From a virus, in IMG/VR virus record IMGVR_UViG_3300045988_146546, positions 1 through 32,000 of that record: 32,000 bases of DNA; one strand, 5' to 3'. Positions 15,276 to 23,808 of this stretch are shown here, in pieces (the first letter of the stretch is position 1; the number at the start of each line of letters is the position of its first letter). The notes below the pieces were generated by a model, which was given only the letters and a program-made list of their open reading frames with translations, did not search any database and was not told the DNA's origin. Made by a program: the position numbers and the translations under genes.

Positions 15276-15892
15276 CTAAAATCTGTCAAAGTCGCTTTGG
15301 ACTGCTTTACGAATACGAATTTTGTTTTTTGAATTATTTACTTTGGACTGCATATTTCCACGTGCAATAATCAAATCAAACAATCTTCCTATGCCCATAT
15401 CCTCTATTTCATCTATTTTTAATCCTAAATTTAATCCACCTAATACTAAATCAGTGTAGCTTACGCTTCTTTTTTTTTATCATCTGAAACCACTTCATCG
15501 GATTCATCTTGTACCGTTGCTTTATTTGCATTGATAATTTGTTCTAGAATAACAACTCCGCTCATTACATAGGTTTGATAATCTTCAATTTCATCAACAA
15601 AATCTTGGAACGCTTTTGTTTCTTTTCCATGATATGTGTCATACGTCTTGATACATACCCAAACTAATCTTTCAAAAAATAAAGATCCGTTTGCTTGTAA
15701 TAAAGTGAAATAAGGATCTCGATCAGGATTTCCTTCACGAACATTTTTTTCGATAGCTTCACCAAATTTGATTTGCACTTCCTGAATGTCCACTAACAAA
15801 TCTCTGTTGAAATAATCTCTATAAATGCTAGCCGTTTTGCCTTTATACAATAAATTATATTTTTTACCATCAATACTTAGTGTCTGTTCCAT
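15276..15892 (-). CDS. Tail assembly chaperone, -1 frameshift fusion (GT-like)
   Basis: I translated the -1 frame from the A9 run. It stays open for 64 codons (RSVSYTDLVLGGLNLGLKIDEIEDMGIGRLFDLIIARGNMQSKVNNSKNKIRIRKAVQSDFDRF) to the TAG at 15278..15276, just before the TMP start. Confidence 0.75.
15461..15892 (-). CDS. Tail assembly chaperone (G-like, zero-frame product)
   Basis: Lies between the major tail and tape measure genes. Acidic C-terminus. Ends in GAT AAA AAA AAA GAA GCG TAA, which contains a slippery run. Confidence 0.8.
   Translation of the reverse strand: MEQTLSIDGKKYNLLYKGKTASIYRDYFNRDLLVDIQEVQIKFGEAIEKNVREGNPDRDPYFTLLQANGSLFFERLVWVCIKTYDTYHGKETKAFQDFVDEIEDYQTYVMSGVVILEQIINANKATVQDESDEVVSDDKKKEA
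15470..15478 (-). promoter_or_regulatory. Slippery A9 run (A AAA AAA type) for the G/GT -1 frameshift
   Basis: Nine consecutive A on the minus strand, 6 nt before the zero-frame stop. Confidence 0.7.
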
Positions 15893-15903
15893 ATAACCTC
15901 ACA

Positions 15904-15923
15904 AAGAGGGGGTTGCCCCTCTT
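15904..15923 (-). promoter_or_regulatory. G+C-rich stem-loop between the major tail and chaperone genes
   Basis: AAGAGGGG-caac-CCCCTCTT, an 8-bp perfect stem that overlaps the major tail TAA stop. Only a short U tract follows, so it is probably a partial terminator or mRNA stabiliser. Confidence 0.55.
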
Positions 15924-16566
15924 ATAATGTGCTCACTTCCTTGCCATTATCACTTTGTACAACTTCCGGTGTACCTTCTTCCTGGCTCATTTCACTAGCT
16001 TTTGGAGTAGGTAATGTTGGAGCAGTTGTAAAGAAACTCTCATAATTTGTGTCACCTTTACGACATTTTGCCTTTACCCATTGATGATCATCTTTCTCAA
16101 CAGGAACAGCCGTAATATCCATTGATGTAGTAGCAGGATCAGTGCTCTCTTCTTTTGTTTCACCTTCTACATTTGGTCGTGCAAATACAACCTTATAGAA
16201 GATGTGTTTAGTAGCACTTACATCACCTTCAAATTGGAACATAAGCGCAACGTTATTAGGCAATACGTTTGCATCTTCTGCTAAGTTACCTTCTTCTGTT
16301 GTCACTGTATTGAAAATCATTTTTTCAATTTCTTCTGGGATTTCAGACATTTCCAAACTTCCTGAATATCCATTGTTTGTATTCGTTGTAAAATACGCAG
16401 TGTTATCTGCATAATATGTATTTGTATCTCCTTCTGGATCTAGTGTTAATGATTTAGCACCTTTCCATGCAGTAGGCGTACCATATGTAATTGATCCTGC
16501 ACTTTCTGTAATAGAACATACATGTACATTTTTTAGACCGAATCGTACTTTGTTTTTATCTGCCAT
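15922..16566 (-). CDS. Major tail protein (phi13-family-like)
   Basis: N-terminus MADKNKVRFGLKNVHVCSITE ... YGTPTAWKGAKSLTLDPEGD is typical for this family. Lies before the chaperone genes. Confidence 0.8.
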   Translation of the reverse strand: MADKNKVRFGLKNVHVCSITESAGSITYGTPTAWKGAKSLTLDPEGDTNTYYADNTAYFTTNTNNGYSGSLEMSEIPEEIEKMIFNTVTTEEGNLAEDANVLPNNVALMFQFEGDVSATKHIFYKVVFARPNVEGETKEESTDPATTSMDITAVPVEKDDHQWVKAKCRKGDTNYESFFTTAPTLPTPKASEMSQEEGTPEVVQSDNGKEVSTL

Positions 16567-16571
16567 AGTTT

Positions 16572-16982
16572 TTATCCTTTCAAATATTTTTCGATTAAAC
16601 TTGGCAGTTCCTTGATTGCGTTTGTTTCTCCATCCTTCCAGTGCTCGAATGCACGTGTACGTCTAGGAGAATTCCATAAATTATGTCCGTTTTCTAGTAA
16701 ATGAGTTAATGAGTATTCGTGACCACTCGCATAAATAACACCGCGTGTATGAGCTAATTCACGTTCTATCTTATATGTTATAGACCTTTTATATTTTCCC
16801 TTTCTGCGCGTGTTTCTATGGTCTACATTGGCCTTAGCTTTAACAATGTCTTTAGAATCTTTTGTAGTTTCTTCTACTGCTCTGTCAATCTGCGCCAAAG
16901 AATGCTCTTTATATTCTTGAATAATCTTTCTGATTTCAGGCCCAAGCTGCGACATATCGCAATATACATCATTGATGGCCAA
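16572..16982 (-). CDS. HK97 gp10-family tail/neck component
   Basis: Motif LLENGH plus position. TTG start at 16982, 6 nt after GGTGA. Confidence 0.6.
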   Translation of the reverse strand: MAINDVYCDMSQLGPEIRKIIQEYKEHSLAQIDRAVEETTKDSKDIVKAKANVDHRNTRRKGKYKRSITYKIERELAHTRGVIYASGHEYSLTHLLENGHNLWNSPRRTRAFEHWKDGETNAIKELPSLIEKYLKG

Positions 16983-17307
16983 CTAATGTCACCGCCCATT
17001 CTGTACAGTGTACTTTTTGAGTTGTTATATCATCATCTGTGATGGTTTGGTATGGTATTTCTAATTCATCAAACATGTCTTCGATTTTAGCTTCTAATTC
17101 AAAATCTTTTTGATCAGTCACCAATCTATATATGTAAGTTCCAATCTTACAATACGTTCTATTGTCTGCAAAGTAATTATTTGTATAATCCAATGCATAA
17201 TTCCCATAGGGGGTATGGGGTTTTGATTTGAAACTGCCGTATACAAATTGTCCTTCACCTAAAAGTTCAGTGAATTTAGCTACAATCTCTTGTCTTACTG
17301 TTTCCAT
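16969..17307 (-). CDS. Head-tail joining / neck protein (called by position only)
   Basis: 112-aa ORF overlapping both neighbours inside the connector module. No motif recognised. Confidence 0.4.
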   Translation of the reverse strand: METVRQEIVAKFTELLGEGQFVYGSFKSKPHTPYGNYALDYTNNYFADNRTYCKIGTYIYRLVTDQKDFELEAKIEDMFDELEIPYQTITDDDITTQKVHCTEWAVTLVGHQ

Positions 17308-17630
17308 TCTCCAGCATCCTGTTGAACATATAGTTCAATCGTATCTCCGGATGGGAATGTACGATAAACCGCATACTTTTTGTCGTTGTATTTCACTGTC
17401 GTTTCATCATTGTAATCAATAGTAGGAATAACAAGCTTATACGCTAACTGTATGCCTGCCTGGTAGGCTTCATTAAATTCTTTTGAATAAATTCCACCGA
17501 CACGGCAAAATACTTCCTTCTCAGTTTCATTAACACGTTCCACACCATCTGCATCCACATATCTTTCTTTTTCAATCAGATATGCCACATCGTAGTAAAG
17601 ATTATTCTCACGAGTATATTCATATGCCAT
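17295..17630 (-). CDS. Head closure / head-tail adaptor protein (SPP1 gp16-like)
   Basis: Size, position and pattern EVFCRVGGIYSKEFNEAYQAG ... KYNDKKYAVY are typical of head-closure proteins. Confidence 0.6.
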   Translation of the reverse strand: MAYEYTRENNLYYDVAYLIEKERYVDADGVERVNETEKEVFCRVGGIYSKEFNEAYQAGIQLAYKLVIPTIDYNDETTVKYNDKKYAVYRTFPSGDTIELYVQQDAGEWKQ

Positions 17631-17631
17631 A

Positions 17632-17934
17632 CTATTTCACCTTCTTATGAGATTTATCTGTCATAAGAATCTGACGTAAATCCTCATATGTTTTAGCCAT
17701 TGATTCTTTATTTGAAGCATCCGTTGTACCAAATTTTGACATTACATATGCTATTACCGCTACTACAATTTCATCTTCTAAATCATCTTCATCAAATAAG
17801 ATATTTAATCTATCCAAATCGTATAAACATGCATTGATATACGTTTTGATTTCATCATCATAAGCATGTGATTTAGCTCTTGTAGCAGCAGTTCTAACAC
17901 GTTCTAGAAGGCTTTCAGAAATATTGAACGCCAT
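17632..17934 (-). CDS. gp6-like head-tail connector protein
   Basis: 100-aa helical protein, first gene after the capsid gene. RBS AGGTGA 6 nt before the ATG. Confidence 0.55.
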   Translation of the reverse strand: MAFNISESLLERVRTAATRAKSHAYDDEIKTYINACLYDLDRLNILFDEDDLEDEIVVAVIAYVMSKFGTTDASNKESMAKTYEDLRQILMTDKSHKKVK

Positions 17935-18090
17935 TATCTATCACCTAAGCTTTCTTCGCACTGCTTTTTCGAGTAGTTTTCTTAGGCTCATCATCTAATA
18001 AAATAGGTTCATCATCAGTTCCAACAGGTTCTTCATCATTTAATGATTGTGTTCCTGTTTGACTTTCATCTTTTGTAACATCTCCATTGC

Positions 18091-19407
18091 TTAAGCTACT
18101 TTTTTTTTTAACAAGAAGATGTATTGAGGATCTAATACTTTACCATCATTGATAACCAATGCTTGAGTTACTTCCTCATTCTTTTCATAATCCCAGTACT
18201 TCTTCACACCAAACTGCATATTTGAGTTGATCGCATAGGCTTCTTTTCCAACCCAATACATTCCGAAATATTCACCGTTTTTTGCTTCATCAAAATCTTT
18301 GAATGTATCATTTTCAACGAAATTAACTGTTCTAGCTTTGAATGTTGCACGTTCTGCACCATCAATAGGATTATATGTTTCTGCATAAACAGGACGATTA
18401 TTATCATCGGCCAACGTTTTAATGTTTGCTTCATATGTAGCAGGCGTCATTACGAACTCTGGTTTTAATTTACGCATTGATAAAGGAATCTTTGCGAACA
18501 ATTTTGTTTGCCATGATTTCCAATCTTTCATTTCTGCTTCCGTAAATTCAATAATATGATCGGCTTTAATACGACTACCTGATACTTTATTAGCTTCTGT
18601 TAAAATACCTTCACATTCATTATTTGTAGAGTCACCTGTTAAAATTTCACGATCCATAGCTTCCAAATAAGCTTCTACAATAACTTTTGCTAATTCAGTT
18701 TCGAATGCATTTACAGTTAATACAGTTTGTAGTAATGTACGTGCTAAACGAATTTCACCAATCAAATATCCAAATTGTACAAATTCTGTAACAGAACCGG
18801 CTTTTTGACGATCAGACACTGTTGTTTCTGTGATACGTTTAAATGTAGCCTTGAATGAACCAATAGGATATTTAACACCACCACGGAAATTTGTATGTAA
18901 TACTGCATTGTATAAGTAACCACGTGATTTACTTAATTCAGTCATTACTTTCTGAACAATTGTTTCAGGAATTAAAATACCTAAATCGGCTGCCACACCT
19001 GCTTCTGCACTACGTTGTCTTAAAATTTCTGACTGTTTTCCTTTTTGAACGAATTCCATGAATGCACTACGATACTCCATATCGTCTTCCATTCCTTTTT
19101 TACGTTCTGACAAGTTTGTAGGCATTGATGGATGTGCTTTGCTACGAGCTTGTTCCTGTTGTGTAGCAAAAGCTTCATCTTCATCTACAATAGATTTTGC
19201 CATAGTATCTAAGAACGCTTGACGTTTTGCAACCTTTCCTTGTAACTCTTTGTCACGTTTTTGCAAGATATCAAATTCCGCCTGTAACATTTCCAAGTTT
19301 GTATTAGGATCGTTTTTGTTGACCTCATCTTGAATTTCTTTAAATCTTTTTTGAATCTGTTCGTGATTCATTGCATTGAATGCTGCTAGTTGTTGCTCTG
19401 TAAACAT
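18091..19407 (-). CDS. Major capsid protein, HK97 family, with an N-terminal coiled-coil delta domain
   Basis: 438 aa. The N-terminal ~100 residues are charged and helical (scaffold-like). Conserved-looking TGDSTNNECEGIL motif. Follows the prohead protease. Confidence 0.88.
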   Translation of the reverse strand: MFTEQQLAAFNAMNHEQIQKRFKEIQDEVNKNDPNTNLEMLQAEFDILQKRDKELQGKVAKRQAFLDTMAKSIVDEDEAFATQQEQARSKAHPSMPTNLSERKKGMEDDMEYRSAFMEFVQKGKQSEILRQRSAEAGVAADLGILIPETIVQKVMTELSKSRGYLYNAVLHTNFRGGVKYPIGSFKATFKRITETTVSDRQKAGSVTEFVQFGYLIGEIRLARTLLQTVLTVNAFETELAKVIVEAYLEAMDREILTGDSTNNECEGILTEANKVSGSRIKADHIIEFTEAEMKDWKSWQTKLFAKIPLSMRKLKPEFVMTPATYEANIKTLADDNNRPVYAETYNPIDGAERATFKARTVNFVENDTFKDFDEAKNGEYFGMYWVGKEAYAINSNMQFGVKKYWDYEKNEEVTQALVINDGKVLDPQYIFLLKKKVA

Positions 19408-20018
19408 TAATTAATAGCCTCCTTAATCTGCAACAACAAACTCAGTCTTTCTCGTTTCTTTTCATTTTCTTTTTTAGTCCGTTCTTCATCCATTAAAGAC
19501 TTTGCCCTTGCTTCAATAGATGTTTGATCATTTGCAGGAATCGACACTGCCGAAACATCATAAATTTTTGATACTTTACGTGTTGTCCACATCTTTTTAG
19601 ATCTATCATATGATTCCTCGTCCACCATGTACCTCCATGACATCTGAGTAACCATTCCTGCCTGAATACTGTCGTACAAGCGTTTTGCAGCTTCTGTTCT
19701 TCCTAAATCTGCTGCAACAAACAATCCGTGTTCATCTACTTCAACAATAAGTGAACCATTGCTTGTACGTGCATATACCATTCCTCCATGATCAAATTGG
19801 AAGATGATATCACTCATATCAGCGTTGTCCAAACTTGAACGCTCAATCAACTCATATACATCATTACCTTCGTAATCTCGATAAAGAACATAAGGTTCAA
19901 ATGTTGTAGCATATCCTTCAACATAGTACTGAGTATCAATCCGTTTGTTTTCCGTCACCGGGTTCATTTGGAACGGGATCGAGCGCATTTGGATTTTGCT
20001 GTGGTTCGGTTTCCCCAT
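19407..20018 (-). CDS. Prohead protease, HK97 (S78) family
   Basis: YVEGYATTFEPY and FQFDHGG motifs. Lies between the portal and capsid genes. AGGAGG lies 11 nt before the ATG at 20018. Confidence 0.8.
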   Translation of the reverse strand: MGKPNHSKIQMRSIPFQMNPVTENKRIDTQYYVEGYATTFEPYVLYRDYEGNDVYELIERSSLDNADMSDIIFQFDHGGMVYARTSNGSLIVEVDEHGLFVAADLGRTEAAKRLYDSIQAGMVTQMSWRYMVDEESYDRSKKMWTTRKVSKIYDVSAVSIPANDQTSIEARAKSLMDEERTKKENEKKRERLSLLLQIKEAIN

Positions 20019-21219
20019 TGTAACTAATTCCTCCTTGATTTGATTTAGTTACCTGGATGTATTCACCTCGAATAAAACGTTTCTTACCTTCATCATCTGG
20101 TAAAGGCGCTTTGTTCATGATATTTAATGCCCCATTCGTATCAATCATTCCTCTATCGAACATTTGAGTCGCAACATTTAATTTTGTTTGTGTCGAATCA
20201 TACTGTAAACGATCACTTGTAAGAATGATTTCACTACCATTCATAATCTGATTTACGGAATATAACATTCCACTTAACACTTCTCCAACTTCAATAAAGA
20301 ATGGTTCGATAATTGATTCATAAAATGCATTCCATTCATCAGGTTTATATTTATTTTGTAAAATAGCTTCACTAATTCCAAAATAGCTGTATACACTATT
20401 TTCAATTGCTTGCTTCTGCTTGGCATCCACTAATAGTGGTTTACTTTCAATCGGTTTTACTTCATCAAAACGATTATCAACAAGGAATACACCTGTTTCA
20501 TTTTTGTTCAGGTTATTTCTTAAGATCATGTTCTGTTGTTCTTTATAATCCTCATCATCGTCAATTGGTGTTGAAATTTTAGCTAAGAATCGAACAATGG
20601 AACTCGACTTGATTGCATTGATTGCTCCTTCTTCCTGAGCAAGCATCAATTTAGCTGTTGTATCAAATGCATCATTCGTATCACCAAAGTAATCATTTTT
20701 ATACTGCATTTGCCTTAAATGCCCTACTTTGCTGTATTCAATCAATTTTGTTTCGCCATAGATGAAATTAAAATAAATATAAACTACACCATTGATTTCT
20801 TTTAACTGACACTGACTTGGTACTGCGGGCCATAATCCCTTTACCATTCCATATTCATCTTCAATTGGAATAATGAAAGCATTGTTTTCTGTAAAATAGA
20901 TAGTTGCCAATCTTTTATAAAATTGACTAGCTGTCATATAAGGATTTGGCTTTTTCTTAACCAAATAGTTATATATCTTGCTTTTGTAGTCTTTGTTTGT
21001 CAGTTCAGGTGAAGCTTTTCCACATGATGTGGCAATTCGATTGATACATGCTCTGCAAAGTCCAATCTCATATATTCCACCATCATATGATGAATACACT
21101 GGTGAATATCCACCTAAGCTTGCAAACATAGAGTGTAATTGATTTTGTTTAGGTGCTGGCTTATTTAGTCCTAATAGACTTCCTAGCAAACCAAATCTTT
21201 TTCTTCTGCTTTTAGCCAC
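19936..21219 (-). CDS. Portal protein (HK97-family-like)
   Basis: 427 aa, directly after the large terminase; order and size are typical. Confidence 0.8.
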   Translation of the reverse strand: MAKSRRKRFGLLGSLLGLNKPAPKQNQLHSMFASLGGYSPVYSSYDGGIYEIGLCRACINRIATSCGKASPELTNKDYKSKIYNYLVKKKPNPYMTASQFYKRLATIYFTENNAFIIPIEDEYGMVKGLWPAVPSQCQLKEINGVVYIYFNFIYGETKLIEYSKVGHLRQMQYKNDYFGDTNDAFDTTAKLMLAQEEGAINAIKSSSIVRFLAKISTPIDDDEDYKEQQNMILRNNLNKNETGVFLVDNRFDEVKPIESKPLLVDAKQKQAIENSVYSYFGISEAILQNKYKPDEWNAFYESIIEPFFIEVGEVLSGMLYSVNQIMNGSEIILTSDRLQYDSTQTKLNVATQMFDRGMIDTNGALNIMNKAPLPDDEGKKRFIRGEYIQVTKSNQGGISYNGETEPQQNPNALDPVPNEPGDGKQTD

Positions 21220-22877
21220 TAATTCACCTTCCTTTTCTTGTTTTCAAGGCGGTATTTAAATGTATCCCACCATTTTTGTCTTACGGTATATGCATCAATA
21301 ACAGATGCATATCCATCAATATGTTTTCTTGGATCAGTTTTAATCATGCGAACACGATTGTCCTCCGCAACTTTCTTTAATGCCACACTAGACATATGTG
21401 CTTGTAAAAGTCCATTTGTTCCTGTATGAACAAATCCATCTCTTACATATCCTGTAAATTCATTAATAACCGGTGTAAGGTTAGTTCCTTGAATTACATC
21501 ATCCATCTTGTATCCATATTTCTTCATATCATCCACAAGATACTGAGCCGAATAACGGTCATATCCAACGACTACACAATAAATCTTGTATTTCTTACGT
21601 AGCATTTCAAACCATTCCGTAACATCTTCATACCGTACAAAGTTTTCCCCACTTGGACTTAAATATCCCAATTGGATAAATCTTGTATATGGTATTTTGT
21701 CTCTTTCTTCTAGCTCCTTGATTTTTAATGTTGGAAGCCAAAAATGAGTAAATATATAGTCCTGTTCTTGAATTCGTATAACTACAGATGCGGCTGTTAA
21801 ATCGGTTGTCTGTGACAAGTCAATTCCACCAACTGCATATGTATGTGCAAAATCTTCAAATCTAAGTTCTTCACCTTTAACTTTGTTAATATCTTCTGCA
21901 CTAAACAACGCTTCCGTTGAATTCTGTTTGATATTCGCATACTTTGTTATAAACTCCGCCTTATATGTAGGTGAGCTATGTGCTTTTAAAATTTCATTCT
22001 GCAAATATTCATAAGAAACCGATATTCCAAGGTTTGGCATTGCTTTTCTTAATTCAATAGGATCATCCCATTTTTGAATATCATCAATCATATAAAAGAA
22101 AGGCAACATTTGTTTTTCATCAGACGTACCAAGTAAAACAGATGTTCCACGAACAAATAATTCATCATATAACCCTTCATCAATATAGTTTGCGGTACTT
22201 ACAGGAATATAAAGTGGATCAGGTCTTGCACCACCTGCCGACAACATAACGTTGTACATTTTCATACCCGCTTCACCTTCCCAGGCTGCAAACTCATCAA
22301 ATATCGTCAAATATGGGTTGAATCCGTCTGACTTCTTAGATGCAAAGGCAATCGGCTCCCATCTACAGTTGTTCTGTTTCATGTAGATATCTGTTCTACG
22401 TTTTTTTACTCTTTGACTCAACGCTTTAGAGTGTTCCATCATTTGATACAGAACATTGTAAATGATCTGCGCTTGTTTTAACTTTGGCGCTATATTGTAT
22501 ATCTGCATACCTGCTTCATCAGATGTAAATCCAACATCAAGTTCAATACCTGCACAAAGAAATGATTTCCCTTGTTTTCGGCCCATGACCGTTGGTATTT
22601 CACGAAACTGCCTTTTTCCATTCTTATCCACAAGTCCGAATATGCACGCAATATAGTATTTTTGCCAAGGCTCAAGCTTCACTTTTGTTGTTTTTCCTTC
22701 TACGTGATGACAAAACGTTTCAATAAACGCTATATGCATTTCCGCTTTTTTCTCATCATAGAAGAAATCTCCATTTGCTAAACCTCTTTCAACATATTGA
22801 AGATTAAGTTTTATCCACTTACCGACTACATCTTCACCCGATTTAATACGTTCTTTATAAATGTCTAGATATTTCAT
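21219..22877 (-). CDS. terL: Terminase large subunit
   Basis: 552 aa. P-loop-like GRKQGKS, acidic FDEFAAWE (Walker B-like), and a C-terminal nuclease region. Flanked by TerS and portal. Confidence 0.9.
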   Translation of the reverse strand: MKYLDIYKERIKSGEDVVGKWIKLNLQYVERGLANGDFFYDEKKAEMHIAFIETFCHHVEGKTTKVKLEPWQKYYIACIFGLVDKNGKRQFREIPTVMGRKQGKSFLCAGIELDVGFTSDEAGMQIYNIAPKLKQAQIIYNVLYQMMEHSKALSQRVKKRRTDIYMKQNNCRWEPIAFASKKSDGFNPYLTIFDEFAAWEGEAGMKMYNVMLSAGGARPDPLYIPVSTANYIDEGLYDELFVRGTSVLLGTSDEKQMLPFFYMIDDIQKWDDPIELRKAMPNLGISVSYEYLQNEILKAHSSPTYKAEFITKYANIKQNSTEALFSAEDINKVKGEELRFEDFAHTYAVGGIDLSQTTDLTAASVVIRIQEQDYIFTHFWLPTLKIKELEERDKIPYTRFIQLGYLSPSGENFVRYEDVTEWFEMLRKKYKIYCVVVGYDRYSAQYLVDDMKKYGYKMDDVIQGTNLTPVINEFTGYVRDGFVHTGTNGLLQAHMSSVALKKVAEDNRVRMIKTDPRKHIDGYASVIDAYTVRQKWWDTFKYRLENKKRKVN

Positions 22878-23248
22878 TTAAATCTGCTCATGAACTCATC
22901 CAATTCATCACCTTTTTTTCCGGATACTTCTGTTGTTTTTGAGAGTGAAGTAGGTGACAACCCAAGTTCTTTGCAGTACTTCATAATCTGATCACGTAAT
23001 TGAACGGTAATAATGTAGTATGGTGAGCGCGATAAATTCGTTGCACCGCCCTTGTTCGTATATTCAACAACCATCTGTAGTGATTTGTAGCCATTTGCTT
23101 TACTTGAATCTCTCCATTGCTTCATTGTTGAATCATATTGGGCCAAGGCATCTGCAAGTGAATCAACCGCAACCGAATATTCAGGAGAAAATGTACCTAA
23201 ATTCTCTAGTTGTGAATTGATTCTTTTTTTCCATGCTCCTTTTTGCAT
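22874..23248 (-). CDS. terS: Terminase small subunit (P27 family-like)
   Basis: 124 aa with KELGLSPTSLSK near the C-terminus, as in P27/Terminase_4 proteins. ATGA overlap with terL. Confidence 0.7.
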   Translation of the reverse strand: MQKGAWKKRINSQLENLGTFSPEYSVAVDSLADALAQYDSTMKQWRDSSKANGYKSLQMVVEYTNKGGATNLSRSPYYIITVQLRDQIMKYCKELGLSPTSLSKTTEVSGKKGDELDEFMSRFK

Positions 23249-23649
23249 TCATCATCCTCCCTTCCACATCCTATAAGCATTCCGTTTTCATCAAACTCAA
23301 AAGATGGTTTACGTTTGGAATGTTCTTCGGCATGACATAAGTCACACAACGCTTCCAAATTAGAATCGCCAAATAGAATGTGTACATCTCTATAGTTGTC
23401 CTGGTCAATGTGCACTTTGTGATGCACACAAGTCGACCTGGTATAGATACCTTTTTTCAAACATCTTTCACAAAGTGGATGTGCCTTCCTATATGCTTTG
23501 CTTTTTCTTTCCCAAGCCTTGCTTGAGTAAAATTTTCTAGCATAATTTCTAGCACCTGTTTTTGTTGCTTCTGAACCATAATATTTTTTCATATCGCTAC
23601 ATTCAAAGTTTTGACCATAACTACAGTTAACAGATTTAAAGGACGACAA
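23206..23649 (-). CDS. HNH endonuclease (packaging-associated)
   Basis: CERCLKKG ... HHKVH ... NLEALCDLCHAEEH, i.e. an HNH motif with two Cys pairs. The track start is TTG at 23649. The ATG at 23592 (MKKYYGS) is the alternative. Confidence 0.85.
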   Translation of the reverse strand: MSSFKSVNCSYGQNFECSDMKKYYGSEATKTGARNYARKFYSSKAWERKSKAYRKAHPLCERCLKKGIYTRSTCVHHKVHIDQDNYRDVHILFGDSNLEALCDLCHAEEHSKRKPSFEFDENGMLIGCGREDDECKKEHGKKESIHN

Positions 23650-23684
23650 AAACTAACAGTAAATACTTTGAATGCAGTGATATG

Positions 23685-23714
23685 AAAAAGACCCATGTTT
23701 CCACAGGTCTTTTT
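23685..23714 (-). terminator. Terminator-type hairpin in the leader of the late operon
   Basis: AAAAAGACC / GGTCTTTTT, a 9-bp stem with a 12-nt loop. A/T runs on both sides allow it to work in either direction. Confidence 0.55.
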
Positions 23715-23808
23715 CAACGGGCACTAAAATGAAACAATCCAAGAACTACCTTGTTTGTTCTAGAAGATGTTTTCCAATCTTCACGACTACAGAATATCAC
23801 GGTTTTTC

